A stretch of DNA of 64,000 nt. Source: Terriglobia bacterium (lineage in GTDB: Bacteria > Acidobacteriota > Terriglobia > JAJPHL01 > JAPKYU01). The DNA is taken from assembly GCA_965223005.1 (NCBI GenBank), contig CBDCVK010000010.1:608001-672000 (forward strand), written 5' to 3'. The notes under the pieces were generated by a model. The model was given only the letters and a program-made list of their open reading frames with translations, was not told the origin of the DNA and did no database searches. The position numbers were made by a program, and so were the translations under genes. Shown here piece by piece: positions 1 to 10,374 of this stretch (its first letter is position 1; each line of letters begins with the position of its first letter).

Positions 1-721
1 GAGCCATCTTGGCTTCCAGGCGTAGCGTGTTGCGGGCCCCAAGTCCGCAGGGGACCAGGCCGTGCTCGCGCCCCGCTTCCAGCAGTCTGTACCAGAGGCG
101 CTCGGATTCCGACGGCGCGAAGTAGAGTTCGAAGCCGTCTTCACCAGTGTAGCCGGTTCGCGCCAGTAGGCATTCTGCCCCGTCCACGGTCCCGCGCGCA
201 AACCAGTAGTAACCGAGAGCCCCCAGTTCGGTGTCGGTCAGCCTCTGCAAGATGGACGTAGCTTGCGGGCCCTGCAGGGCCAGCTGGGAATACTGGGCGC
301 CGGTGTTGCACACTTCGGCGTGGAAGCGGTTCTGCTCGCAAATCCAGTTGAAGTCGCGCTCCTGGTTGGCTGCGTTGACCACCAGCAGGAAGTGGTCATC
401 GGCCAGCTTGTGCACCAGCAGGTCGTCCGCCAGCGTGCCCTGCGGGTACATCAGGCCGCTGTACTGCGCCTGCCCGATGGCCAGGCGGGCCGCATCGTTC
501 GAAGTGACGTGTTGCACCAGGCGCAGGGCGTCGCGGCCTCGCACTTCGATCTGGCCCATGTGGCTGACGTCGAACAGACCGGCGCGCGTGCGGACCGCCA
601 AGTGTTCTTCCACGATGCCGCTGTACTGGAGCGGCATCTCCCAACCTCCGAAGGGCACCATCCGGGCGCCCATCCGCTTGTGCACGGCATGCAGCGCAGT
701 GCGATGCGGGGGACCGCTCAA
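1..721 (-). CDS. gcvT: Glycine cleavage system aminomethyltransferase T (5' part; runs off window start)
   Basis: Manual minus-strand translation, not in ORF track. TTG at 721 with GGAGG upstream gives ..HRTALHAVHKRMGARMVPFGGWEMPLQY..FDVSHMG..TGYTGEDGFE..PCGLGARNTLRLEAKMA. Confidence 0.93.
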   Translation of the reverse strand, partial: MSGPPHRTALHAVHKRMGARMVPFGGWEMPLQYSGIVEEHLAVRTRAGLFDVSHMGQIEVRGRDALRLVQHVTSNDAARLAIGQAQYSGLMYPQGTLADDLLVHKLADDHFLLVVNAANQERDFNWICEQNRFHAEVCNTGAQYSQLALQGPQATSILQRLTDTELGALGYYWFARGTVDGAECLLARTGYTGEDGFELYFAPSESERLWYRLLEAGREHGLVPCGLGARNTLRLEAKMA

Positions 722-836
722 GAAGGCCTCCGGCGGGATGGAGCGGCTCTCACGGGCACCAAGCCTAGTATAGCGCCGGGGGCACCGTCAAACTCAGCGC
801 GGCGGAAGCGAATGGACCAGGTGTAAAATACGGGCG

Positions 837-998
837 ATGCCCTACGTCTGCTCCATGTGTGACAACCACGAAACATCGTGCAAGTGCGATAAGTTCTGCA
901 CCATCTGCAAGTCGGATGAAAACGTGCGGCTGTGCTTCGACGGCTGCTATTACTGCGAGGGTTGCCGAGAAGTCTGCGAGCTCTCGGCCGAGGACTGA
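837..998 (+). CDS. Small cysteine-rich protein (53 aa, 11 Cys), putative metal-binding
   Basis: Manual translation MPYVCSMCDNHETSCKCDKFCTICKSDENVRLCFDGCYYCEGCREVCELSAED. TAAAAT (824-829) lies 7 nt before the ATG, and the TGA directly abuts the sirtuin ATG. Confidence 0.75.
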   Translation: MPYVCSMCDNHETSCKCDKFCTICKSDENVRLCFDGCYYCEGCREVCELSAED

Positions 999-1775
999 AT
1001 GTCGTCCGACTCCAACCGCCCCACCCAGCAGATCGCCCGCTACCTGTCGGAATCCCACCAGGTTGTGGCCTTCACCGGAGCGGGGATCAGCACCGAGAGT
1101 GGCGTCTCCGATTTCCGCAGCCCCGGAGGTGTGTGGAGCAAGTACCAGCCCGTGATGTTCCAGGATTTCCTGGCCAGCGCCGATGCCCGCCGCCAGTACT
1201 GGCGCATGAAAAAGGAAGGCTACTGGGAAATGCGCCGCGCCAGGCCCAATGCGGGGCACCGGGCCCTGGCCCGCCTGGAAGCGGCAGGCAAGTTGGTAGC
1301 GGTGATTACGCAAAACATTGACGGGCTGCACCAGGATGCCGGCAGCCGGCGAGTTCTGGAGCTGCATGGCACAAGCCGCTCGGTCGTCTGCCTGCAGTGC
1401 GAGGCCCGGTACGACCCGGATGCGATCCAGGCGCGCCTGGAGAACGGCGAAGAGATTCCCCTGTGCGACGGCTGTGGGGGTCCGTTGAAATCGGCCACCG
1501 TCTCGTTCGGGCAAACGCTGCCCCAGGACGTGCTGTCGGAGGCCTGCAACCTTTGTTCGGGCACTAACCTGATGCTGGCCATCGGCTCCTCGCTAGTGGT
1601 GGAGCCGGCCGCCTCACTGCCTTTGCAGGCGAAGCGGAGCGGCGCCCGCCTGGTGATCCTCAACAAGACAGAGACGCCGTTGGATCAGATCGCTGACGTT
1701 GTGCTTCGAGAGCCCATCGGCGACTCCCTTACCGCAGTCGTGAAGCAGTTCGGCCTCAACCTTCCTGAGTCGTAG
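999..1775 (+). CDS. cobB: NAD-dependent protein deacylase, Sir2/sirtuin family
   Basis: FTGAGISTESG, QNIDGLH, ELHG, CxxC..CxxC zinc site, GSSLVVEPAA motifs. Confidence 0.93.
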   Translation: MSSDSNRPTQQIARYLSESHQVVAFTGAGISTESGVSDFRSPGGVWSKYQPVMFQDFLASADARRQYWRMKKEGYWEMRRARPNAGHRALARLEAAGKLVAVITQNIDGLHQDAGSRRVLELHGTSRSVVCLQCEARYDPDAIQARLENGEEIPLCDGCGGPLKSATVSFGQTLPQDVLSEACNLCSGTNLMLAIGSSLVVEPAASLPLQAKRSGARLVILNKTETPLDQIADVVLREPIGDSLTAVVKQFGLNLPES

Positions 1776-1870
1776 CAAGCGACTTGCTACCATCCGGCCG
1801 AGTTCAGCCCTGACCATTGACTGAGACAAGGGTTTCCGAGTGGTGCGTGGCTGGCGCCGCACCTAGGCCA

Positions 1871-3559
1871 CTACCTTTTCCGGGAATAGATCGCGCCCCA
1901 GCCGAGCTGGGCAAGGAGGCGGTAATGCCGATGGAGGAAGGCGCCCAGCTCGGGATACATTTCCATCGCGAGCTCCGTGTTGTACAGGCCCAGGCCGTCC
2001 ACGATGTAATCAGGCCGAGACGCTTGGAGTTCGCGAAGGAGAAGGCGGCGATTCTCGGCCGCTCGTTTGGGTGCCACGCTGCGCGACTGAACCAGGTGAA
2101 TGTCGGCGGGCACCCCGGTCAGCGGCTGCGAACTGAGAAATTTTGAGGCAGGCGGGCAGCCGCAGTAGAAGTAGATTTCCGGCCGATACCCCCAGACAAA
2201 CAGCGAGGGCCCGTGCCCCAGGTTGGCCGGCGACCGCGCCGCCGATCCTTCTGCGGTTCCCCTTCGCTTCTCTTCCCATAGCAGGCGACGAGCGATCCGG
2301 CGGCTGTCTTGGTCGATTGCTGGATCATCCCAGGTGGCCATGTAGGTCGTAGAGCGGCCGGTGACAAGCTCATAGGCGAGCACTGCGGTCCGATTGTGGA
2401 ACCAGACCAGGGAGAAGACGATGCCCGCCCAAAACAGCACGCGCAGGGCGGCGTTGATCCGCACACTCTTCTTTTCCGGCAGCCACTCGCCAGCCTGCCG
2501 CGCGAGCCTGTAGCCGCGCGCGGCCAGGAGGCAAAGAAACGGCAACACCTGGCAGAAGTAGCGCGGGAAAAATCGCCCGCCGATGGCCACTCCCAGGAAG
2601 GAAGCTCCCAGCCAGAGCCAGACAGCGTGGGAAACTTCGCGCTCCGGAGTGGCCTTGCCCCGCGGGAAATACGCCAGCAGCAGCGCCAGTCCCAGAAACA
2701 GAGCGAAGTGAAAACCTGCGTAGTTCAGCGTCTTGCGCACGCCGGTCAGCACCCCAGTCGCGGGCGAGTACACGATGATGTAGCTCCATCCCCAGCCCCA
2801 GAACTCCCGCAGGTAGTCGGCCCACTTGCCGTCCACCAGCAAGTAGGCCACCCACGGCGCGCATCCGGCCAGAAAGCCAACCAGCAATAACCCCCACCGC
2901 CGCAGCCGTCCAGCCTGGTCGCCAGCAAGAGTGTGGAATCTCGGAAGCAGCAATTCGACGGCGGCGAAAAACAACCAAAGGACCAGCGCCTTCGGATTCA
3001 GCCAGAAGGCGACGGCCACCAGCAGGCCACTCCAGAAGCTTCGCCCGTACAGGAAGAAAAAGCCCGCGTAGAGGTAGGGCAGCAGTAGCAAATGATCCAC
3101 TGCCAGCGGCTGAACCTGGGAGTGAAGGTAGGTGGCGTTGTACAAGGCGTAGAGCAAGGCTGCCAATCGGCCTTCCTCGTCGCCCCAAAAGCGGCGGCCC
3201 ATGTGCCACAGGGCCAGCGCCACCAGAGTGGCGTAGAAGATGGTGAGCAGGCGCACGGCCAGCAGGCTTGGCCCTGCAAGCGCAAACAACGCGGCATAGA
3301 GCCAAGCCACTCCCGGCGGCTTATCAAACCAAATTTCCGAATAGAGCGCCTTGCCCCGCAGCAGTTCCTGCGCCGTCGTGAACCACAATCCCTCGTCGGC
3401 CCACACATAGCCGGCGTAAAAGATGCGGAGCGGGAAAATGGTCCCCAGCAGCAGTAGTGCAAACGCAAGGGGAGGCAGCGGTCGGAGGTGTGGAGCGCGG
3501 AATGCGGATTGGGCGGTCATGACGGCCGACGCGTTTCCGACTGCGGCTTGCTGTTCCAT
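1871..3559 (-). CDS. Membrane glycosyltransferase, GT-C fold (ArnT/PMT-like)
   Basis: WADEG and WFDKPPG motifs, many TM segments. Start placed at ATG 3559 with GAGGA upstream. Confidence 0.75.
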   Translation of the reverse strand: MEQQAAVGNASAVMTAQSAFRAPHLRPLPPLAFALLLLGTIFPLRIFYAGYVWADEGLWFTTAQELLRGKALYSEIWFDKPPGVAWLYAALFALAGPSLLAVRLLTIFYATLVALALWHMGRRFWGDEEGRLAALLYALYNATYLHSQVQPLAVDHLLLLPYLYAGFFFLYGRSFWSGLLVAVAFWLNPKALVLWLFFAAVELLLPRFHTLAGDQAGRLRRWGLLLVGFLAGCAPWVAYLLVDGKWADYLREFWGWGWSYIIVYSPATGVLTGVRKTLNYAGFHFALFLGLALLLAYFPRGKATPEREVSHAVWLWLGASFLGVAIGGRFFPRYFCQVLPFLCLLAARGYRLARQAGEWLPEKKSVRINAALRVLFWAGIVFSLVWFHNRTAVLAYELVTGRSTTYMATWDDPAIDQDSRRIARRLLWEEKRRGTAEGSAARSPANLGHGPSLFVWGYRPEIYFYCGCPPASKFLSSQPLTGVPADIHLVQSRSVAPKRAAENRRLLLRELQASRPDYIVDGLGLYNTELAMEMYPELGAFLHRHYRLLAQLGWGAIYSRKR

Positions 3560-3699
3560 CGATCCTCGGCGCCTGTTGTACCACGGCCCCCACCGGGTTT
3601 TGCCATACTTCTTGCCCATCAATTCGGCGCAGTCCTCAGTTCGCTCGCTGCTGAAACGGAATTTGTGTGTCCTATCTGTTCCGTTGTAGCATCTCGTTC

Positions 3700-5133
3700 G
3701 TGCCGGATCGGAAAGCATCGGCCCTGGTAGGCGGACCGCTCGCCGCAGCGTCTTTGTGGCTGGCGCTGCGCTTCGGAGTGCAACTGGAGTCCGGAGTCTG
3801 TTGGACAGCTGCCATTACCTGCCTCTGCGCAATCTGGTGGGTTTTCGAACCGATCCCCATCCCTGCCACCTCGATCATCCCGTTTGCCCTGTTCCCCCTG
3901 GTGGGCGTGTTGACGCACGTGCAAGTTGCCACCGGATACGGCCATCCAATCATCCTGCTGTTTATGGGCGGGTTCATGTTGTCCCGGGCGATGGAGAAAA
4001 GCGGCGCGCACCGGCGGGTCGCGCTGGGCTTGTGCCGGATGGTGGGCGGCGCGGGCGGTCGTTGGCTGGTGCTGGGCTTCATGATCGCCTCGGCCGCGCT
4101 TAGCATGTGGATCACCAACACCGCCACGACGCTCATGCTGCTTCCGATCGCGCTGGCAGTGCTCGAGCAGGCCGATGACAAGGATCTGGCCGTGCCGCTG
4201 TTACTGGGCATCGCTTATGCGGCGAGCATCGGCGGACTCGGTACTCCCATCGGCTCCCCACCCAACGCCTACTTCATGGCCTACTATGATCAGGCCTTAG
4301 GGCATCACGTTCGCAATACGGGGGAACGCCTCGGTGCGCCATGGACTTTTGCCCAGTGGATGATGATCGGCCTGCCGGTGGTGCTGGTGTTCCTGCCGCT
4401 GGCGTGGTTGTGGCTGACGCGAAAGCTGCGCAAAGCCAGCCGAATTGAATTGCCCGATTGTGGACCTCGCACGAAGGCGGAGACACGGGTGATGATCGTC
4501 CTGGTACTCACGGCCCTGTTGTGGATCACGAAAAGGGGACCTTTCGGAGGCTGGGGCGGTTTCCTTCAGAAGTTCTGGGGTGAACAAGATGGGACTCTTG
4601 TGGGCGACAGTACCGTCGCTTTGTTCATGGTGGTGGTGATGTTCATCGTATCCGACGGAAAGGGCGGACGGCTGCTGAACTGGCAAAGCGCCGTTAATAT
4701 TCCCTGGGGAATACTGCTGCTATTCGGCGGTGGCCTCGTGATTGGCTCTGCGTTCAAGGAGTCGGGGCTGGCAGGTATTATGGGGCAGTCGTTCGAAGGG
4801 GTTCAAGTCCTGCCCGCCTGGGTCATGATCGGCGTGATCTGCCTGTGCATGACATTTTTGACTGAAATTACCTCCAATACTGCAACCACCGTCTTGCTCA
4901 TGCCCATTCTGTTCGAGGCAGGTAAGGTGGCCAAGCTTGACCCAGCCCTGCTGATGGTGCCTGCGGCGGTGAGCGCTAGTTGCGCTTTCATGTTACCCGT
5001 GGCTACACCTCCCAATGCCATCGTCTTCGGCACCGACCGCTTGACGATTCCCACCATGGCTCGCGAGGGTTTTGTGCTCAACCTGGTAGGCGTGGCAGTC
5101 ATCACGACGGTCTGCTACCTGATGTTGGGGTGA
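3700..5133 (+). CDS. SLC13/DASS family sodium:anion symporter
   Basis: SMWITNTATT, GGLGTPIGSPPN, SNTAT, FMLPVATPPNAI motifs. GTG 3700 preceded by TAGCAT-N7. Confidence 0.92.
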   Translation: MPDRKASALVGGPLAAASLWLALRFGVQLESGVCWTAAITCLCAIWWVFEPIPIPATSIIPFALFPLVGVLTHVQVATGYGHPIILLFMGGFMLSRAMEKSGAHRRVALGLCRMVGGAGGRWLVLGFMIASAALSMWITNTATTLMLLPIALAVLEQADDKDLAVPLLLGIAYAASIGGLGTPIGSPPNAYFMAYYDQALGHHVRNTGERLGAPWTFAQWMMIGLPVVLVFLPLAWLWLTRKLRKASRIELPDCGPRTKAETRVMIVLVLTALLWITKRGPFGGWGGFLQKFWGEQDGTLVGDSTVALFMVVVMFIVSDGKGGRLLNWQSAVNIPWGILLLFGGGLVIGSAFKESGLAGIMGQSFEGVQVLPAWVMIGVICLCMTFLTEITSNTATTVLLMPILFEAGKVAKLDPALLMVPAAVSASCAFMLPVATPPNAIVFGTDRLTIPTMAREGFVLNLVGVAVITTVCYLMLG

Positions 5134-5209
5134 CAACAAGCGGTCTGTTGCGGCAACCGTGAATCGCTGACCGTTCACGGACCCGGAGAGATACGATCTG
5201 CGGTTTGGG

Positions 5210-7021
5210 TTACTCGCCCGGCCGGCTCTGGGCGACTTTCACCCCGCCCAGGGAATTGGCGTAGCGCTGGATACCGCGGTACAGCGCCTCGGCCACCTTC
5301 TGCCGGTACGCTGGTTTGCGGAGCAGCCGTTCGTCGGTACGGTTGCTGAGGAAGGAGATTTCCGCCAAGGCGGAGGGCATCTGGGCGCCGATCAGCACGA
5401 TGAACGGCGCTTTCTTCACGCCGCGGTTGCGCAGCCCGTTGCGGCGCGCCATGCCCTTCACCAGCGCCCGCTGCATCTGCGCCGCGAACTCGCGCGACTC
5501 CTCCAGCTTCTCTTTCATGGTGATCTTCTTCACCAGGTCCTGCAACTCGTGGATGGACTTTTCCGAAACGGCGTTCTCACGCGCCGCGACTTCAAGGGCA
5601 TTCGCGGAGCTGGTGAAGTTCAAATAATAGGTCTCAATGCCGCGAATGGCGCGGTTGCGGCTGGAGTTGGCGTGAAGGGAGACGAACAGGTCGGCCTGCT
5701 TCTGGTTGGCGATGGCGGTGCGCTTCTCCAGCGGGACAAACGTGTCCTTCTCCCGGGTGTAGACAACCTCGCTGCCCAACCGCTCTTCCAGCAGCGTCCC
5801 GAGCCGCCGTGCCAGGTCCAGCACCACTTCCTTTTCCATCAGCCCTGTCGGGCCGATGGTGCCTGTGTCGTGGCCGCCGTGTCCGGGATCAATGACAATG
5901 CGGCCGATTTTCAGACCCAAGGCGCGGGTCAGAGAACGTTTGCCCGAGCTGGTAGGCCGGGCAGGGCGCGGGGGGGGCGGCGGAGTGGCGGAAGCTACCT
6001 CGGTTTTCTTCGCGGGACCCTTCTTAGTCGATTTTTTCGTCCCAGCCTTCTTGCTGGAGGTCTGCGGCTCGGACTTGGCAACTTGCTTCACGGACGGACG
6101 GCCGGAAGGGCCGCCAGTGGAAGCAGTGGCCTTGGGCGTTTCCTTCGCCCTCGACACCGCCTTGGGCCTTTTGCCGGACGGAGCGGCGGAGGGCTTGGAT
6201 GCTGAAGCGGACTTGGTCCGCTTAGGAGGCGGCCCGCCATTGATGTCCACCACCAGGCGGAAGGGGTTGGGCAACACGAAGGCGGAGTACTCGCGCACAG
6301 AACCCACTTCCAGCACAACGCGCGCGATACCCGCCTGGTTTTGGCCAACCCGGACGCGCCGGACCAGGCTCTCGTCGCCGCCCAGGGTTCGATTTCGCAC
6401 TTTCGAGCTGAGCCGGGCCCCATACAGGTCAAAGAAAATTCGCTCGGGGTTAGCGATGCGGGCGCGCCGATACTCTACCGGCCCATCCAGTTCAATGACC
6501 ACCCGGGTGTAGCTGGCGGTGGCCCAATGGCGGATCTGTGTGACACGGGCCAGCTTGGTGGAACTCTTTTTTGCCGAGGCCGACTTCCCCAGCTTTTTCA
6601 AGGCCAGCCTGGCTTTTTTCAGGTACTTGCTGTAAGGGTACTCCCGGATCAGGAAGCGATATTTTTCCGCGGCGCGCTTCCGCGATTGCGGATCGTTAAA
6701 CAGCCGCCCTTTCTCGGCCCACAGTTCGGCAGCGGCGAACACACTATCGTCGGCCTCTCCGATGGCGGGGCCCAGGTGCAGCGCCCGATCGTAGAGCCGG
6801 ATCAACCCCAAGTACTCGGCGGGGCGACGCCGCGCCTCAGGCTTGGCTTCCAGTTCCGCCCGCAGTCGCTCGGCCTTCTGGAACTCGGTGCGGGCGCGGG
6901 CTTTCTTTTCGGCGGGCCCGCCCAGCCCGGAACCGGGAAGCAGGCACAGCAGCAAGGCTGCTGCTATCCACGGGAGACGCGTTGATCTGTTGCCGGGCAC
7001 TTTCTCGCTGTCCCTCACCAT
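5210..7021 (-). CDS. N-acetylmuramoyl-L-alanine amidase (TPR-like N-terminus, AMIN domain, Lys/Pro-rich linker, Amidase_3)
   Basis: IVIDPGHGGHDTG, EKEVVL, SLHAN, LAEISFLSN motifs; signal peptide. Confidence 0.92.
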   Translation of the reverse strand: MVRDSEKVPGNRSTRLPWIAAALLLCLLPGSGLGGPAEKKARARTEFQKAERLRAELEAKPEARRRPAEYLGLIRLYDRALHLGPAIGEADDSVFAAAELWAEKGRLFNDPQSRKRAAEKYRFLIREYPYSKYLKKARLALKKLGKSASAKKSSTKLARVTQIRHWATASYTRVVIELDGPVEYRRARIANPERIFFDLYGARLSSKVRNRTLGGDESLVRRVRVGQNQAGIARVVLEVGSVREYSAFVLPNPFRLVVDINGGPPPKRTKSASASKPSAAPSGKRPKAVSRAKETPKATASTGGPSGRPSVKQVAKSEPQTSSKKAGTKKSTKKGPAKKTEVASATPPPPPRPARPTSSGKRSLTRALGLKIGRIVIDPGHGGHDTGTIGPTGLMEKEVVLDLARRLGTLLEERLGSEVVYTREKDTFVPLEKRTAIANQKQADLFVSLHANSSRNRAIRGIETYYLNFTSSANALEVAARENAVSEKSIHELQDLVKKITMKEKLEESREFAAQMQRALVKGMARRNGLRNRGVKKAPFIVLIGAQMPSALAEISFLSNRTDERLLRKPAYRQKVAEALYRGIQRYANSLGGVKVAQSRPGE

Positions 7022-7815
7022 CCTTGGGTGTTGCTGAAGTGCACCCTGCCCCTCTCATCTGCCCATTTCATAATCACGGGGCGCTGGGACCGGGGCTTGA
7101 GCCCGTAGCCCCTGCCGTACAGCGATGAAACCTTGCGAACGTATCGCCGGGTCTCCGGGTAGGGTGGGATGCCACCATAGCGCGCCACCGCATTCTCGCC
7201 CGCGTTGTAAGCGGCCAACGAAAGCACCAGGTTGCCCCCATACAGCCACAGCAAGTGCTTCAAATAGCGAACCCCACCGTCTAGGTTCTCCTCCGGGTCA
7301 AACCTGTTTCCAACACCGAAGCGGCGGGCCGTGGCGGGCATTAACTGCATGAGCCCCGTAGCGCCTTTGCGCGATATGGCAGCAGGGTTGAAGTTGGACT
7401 CGACCTTGACGATGGCTCGCACCAAGTCCGGATCAATGGAGTGTCGTTCCGCCGTGCTTACGATGAGCTCGTCCACGGCCATCCGGGTGGTGCCGTTTTC
7501 GGCGCCCGAGGGCGACCGAGCGCCCTTGGTTTGCCGGGCTGTGGCCGGCGCCGGCCCGGACGATCCCAACGACTCATTCGGCGCAGGCACTGTAACCAGC
7601 TGGTTCGTGTCCGGGTCCCTCCGGACCAGCACGCTATGCCGAGCACGTTGCTGGCGCCTGGGCTTGCGCTTGGAGGCGACTTGCTTTGCGGCGTCCCCGG
7701 TATTCACGTAGACGCGACGCCCGTTGTTATCTACATAAGACGCAATTCGGGCTGCCGAGGCCGACACCGCAGCCACCGCGCCAACGATGCCCAGTACGAA
7801 CAGTTGCTGTCTCAT
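7015..7815 (-). CDS. Lytic transglycosylase (SLT domain)
   Basis: VESNFNPAAIS, GLMQLMPATA, AAYNAGE motifs. TATAAT at 7865-7870 overlaps the track's start, so ATG 7815 is preferred. Confidence 0.9.
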   Translation of the reverse strand: MRQQLFVLGIVGAVAAVSASAARIASYVDNNGRRVYVNTGDAAKQVASKRKPRRQQRARHSVLVRRDPDTNQLVTVPAPNESLGSSGPAPATARQTKGARSPSGAENGTTRMAVDELIVSTAERHSIDPDLVRAIVKVESNFNPAAISRKGATGLMQLMPATARRFGVGNRFDPEENLDGGVRYLKHLLWLYGGNLVLSLAAYNAGENAVARYGGIPPYPETRRYVRKVSSLYGRGYGLKPRSQRPVIMKWADERGRVHFSNTQGW

Positions 7816-7992
7816 GCCCGGATCCGTTGAAAATACCGCACTTGGGCTCGTCTGAACGCTTGCCATTATATATCAGTGATCTATCCGTTAGAAACAAAAC
7901 AGTTACGCACGGGAATCACCCAAGGCAATAGGGCGAAACCTGCTGGCTCATCGCCCCGTTTGTGGGAGGAGAAGGCCGGGCGAGCTGTTCAG

Positions 7993-10374
7993 CTAGAAGC
8001 GGTACCAGTATTTTGTTTTCTTTGCCCAGGAGCTGTGAGGGTATTTCCGGTGAAGAAACTGAAAAGCCGCTTTGGAATAGTGTCCTGTTTGTTGATCTAC
8101 GCAGCCGTAACGCGTGGCTTTCACCGTCAAGTGAAGGGCCTGGGGCACTCGTGGGTCGTCCGGATGGTTCTTGGCCCATTCCAGCACTAGCCGGCCCAGA
8201 TGGCTCGGCGCGGTTTCCAGGGCAGAAAGCTGTTCCCATTCTCGGGCTGCTTCTGCTTTCTGGGCAAGGCTGAGGAAGGCAGGGTAGTCCAGCTCGTGGC
8301 TGGGATAAAGCATCTTCAAGGGCATGTGAAAAGTTGTGTCCATCCGGTAGTGACGATAGCCCATATAGATTCGACTGCCGCGCTGAGCAGGCGCCAGTCG
8401 GCACCACCAGTTTTCCCGCAAATTGTCAATGCGAGCGAGGGGAGTTCTCCGGGCGGGGCCGGCGCCCACATACAGGTGCAGGCCAGGAAATCGCAGGATT
8501 GTGAAAACAGCAGCGAAGCGGCGCGCCGGGCTGTTTGGGGAGGATACGTACTTCTGCAGATCGCCTTTCAACTCCGGCGCAAGCTGCTCGAGGATCGGCA
8601 CGACCTCCCGGCACACCTCCTCTCGATCGAGCAAGACGCAGCGCACCCAGGTTGCCAGCGCTACTTCCCGTCGCAAATTCGGAGGGAGGCTTTTGCTGCC
8701 AGACGCCTGCAGCAGGAGCCGCAGTGGCATTCGTTCGGTGAAGATCCGGGCGGCATCGGCATCGAACAGCCAGCGCGGCTGCGGGCGCGGTTGCCGGCCT
8801 CGTCTGTCGGCCGGTTGTTCGGCAATCACGCGCCCGAAGTGATTCCAGCCAACTCGGGCAGGAACACGCCTTGCGCCTCGAAGCAGCTCGTCCAGGTTCC
8901 GGGCCAGCTTCATTTGCAGCGCAAGGACCAGGTTGATGGAGGAGCGGGGCAGCGACATGTCTTTCGCCAGCATCTGCTCCAGCGCGATCCGCGCCCGCGC
9001 GGCTTCTCCAGAAGCGGCCAAGAGACGCGCCCTGTGAAAGGCAATGGTGGGAAAAGCGGACGAATTCCGGGGAATTGTTCCCGCCGCCTCCAAGAGCGCC
9101 GCAAGCTTGGGGCCTCCTGCCTGCGCCTTGGAAATGGCTGCAACTAGCCACGGCAGCGAACCCGTCTCGTGCCATTTTTTCATTGCATGGTCTCGCGCCG
9201 ACGAGGTCTGACGCTGGAACGTCAGCATCCAGTCTGCCAGCTCGTCCTCTGCTCGCAACTCGGCCAGCGGCATTCGGTTTCCGCGTCCGCCTCCCGCAGG
9301 CCACTTGCCGAGCAGCGCCAGGTAGTCCGTCAGGTCCTGCCGAAGCGTCCCAGGCGACGTACCTTCCAGCAAGGCTTCGCGTAGCTGGCAGATGCGCTGA
9401 TTGGGGCGCAGCCGCAACTGGACGTAGCCCAACAGCCGACGGGCAGAGGGATGCGTACGGCGCAGACTGTTGTCGGCTAAGACCTTCTGCAACTGGGTCT
9501 CTGCCTTGGCGAGCAAAGCCAGATCGGGCTTGCCCGGCTCGGTGTAGACGGTCGCCTGGCGGATCAGGGATCTGGCTACCAGCAGGGGAGCGAGCCAGCT
9601 CCAGGGCGAGTCGGGATCGTGCGCGATTTCCTCAAAGACCTTCCCGGCAGTCTCGAAATTGCCGGCATAAAAATGGGCTGCCCCCATCTGGTAGGCACGG
9701 TCGGCGCGAATCAGCGGAGAGTCCTCTGCAGAGGCTTTGAGTGGCAGAAATTGCTGCTTCTCTAACCCGTTTCCTCCACCGGAACAATTGGCGAAGACCC
9801 GGTCTTGCGCCTGCACCCAACTGTTGACTGCGGCGCTGTCCGCTCCAAATCGGCCAACTCTTTCCTCCAGCGTATGGACTGCGGTGCGAAATGCATCCGA
9901 AAGACAATTGTAGTAGCCGATGTAGGTGGTGCCGATTCGTTCGGACCGGTACGCGCCCAACGGGTTGTGTACGCCCAGCGGCGTCGGCGCGCTTGTATCC
10001 AGCCCCGGGATTTTCTTCCTCGCCTCAACCCATAGCTTGATCCAATTCGGCGGCTTTGGCGCTTTCTGCAGCGCACCGGACACGTCCGATGGCCTGCGCC
10101 GAATCCAGACACCTTCCAGAGCCGCGAACTGCTCTGGGCTGAATGGCTTGCCTGCCAGGTAGCGATAGGAGAGGTAGAGGTAGGAGCGGGAGTAGGTCGG
10201 CAGGACGATTCCCAGTTGACCCCGTAAGAAATTTTCCAGCGGCAGATCCGGATGCCTGGTAAAGGTGAAGACAGCCTGGGGAAAAAATGGGCCGCAGGAA
10301 AACGCCGGGCTGGCCAGGCCAAGCAGGACGGTGGCCAAAAGCAAAGCACAGGCCCTTGCACGCCTTGCTGTCAT
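7993..10374 (-). CDS. Large secreted TPR-like helical protein (type usually paired with DUF3142)
   Basis: Signal peptide followed by CGPFF; C-terminal PQALHLTVKATRYGC..KAAFQFLHRKYP.SWAKKTKYWY; AGGAGG RBS. Confidence 0.7.
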   Translation of the reverse strand: MTARRARACALLLATVLLGLASPAFSCGPFFPQAVFTFTRHPDLPLENFLRGQLGIVLPTYSRSYLYLSYRYLAGKPFSPEQFAALEGVWIRRRPSDVSGALQKAPKPPNWIKLWVEARKKIPGLDTSAPTPLGVHNPLGAYRSERIGTTYIGYYNCLSDAFRTAVHTLEERVGRFGADSAAVNSWVQAQDRVFANCSGGGNGLEKQQFLPLKASAEDSPLIRADRAYQMGAAHFYAGNFETAGKVFEEIAHDPDSPWSWLAPLLVARSLIRQATVYTEPGKPDLALLAKAETQLQKVLADNSLRRTHPSARRLLGYVQLRLRPNQRICQLREALLEGTSPGTLRQDLTDYLALLGKWPAGGGRGNRMPLAELRAEDELADWMLTFQRQTSSARDHAMKKWHETGSLPWLVAAISKAQAGGPKLAALLEAAGTIPRNSSAFPTIAFHRARLLAASGEAARARIALEQMLAKDMSLPRSSINLVLALQMKLARNLDELLRGARRVPARVGWNHFGRVIAEQPADRRGRQPRPQPRWLFDADAARIFTERMPLRLLLQASGSKSLPPNLRREVALATWVRCVLLDREEVCREVVPILEQLAPELKGDLQKYVSSPNSPARRFAAVFTILRFPGLHLYVGAGPARRTPLARIDNLRENWWCRLAPAQRGSRIYMGYRHYRMDTTFHMPLKMLYPSHELDYPAFLSLAQKAEAAREWEQLSALETAPSHLGRLVLEWAKNHPDDPRVPQALHLTVKATRYGCVDQQTGHYSKAAFQFLHRKYPHSSWAKKTKYWYRF

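Noticed and set aside
722-836. Glycine riboswitch upstream of gcvT
   Set aside because: The spacer is only ~115 nt, is shared with a divergent promoter, and lacks recognisable aptamer motifs
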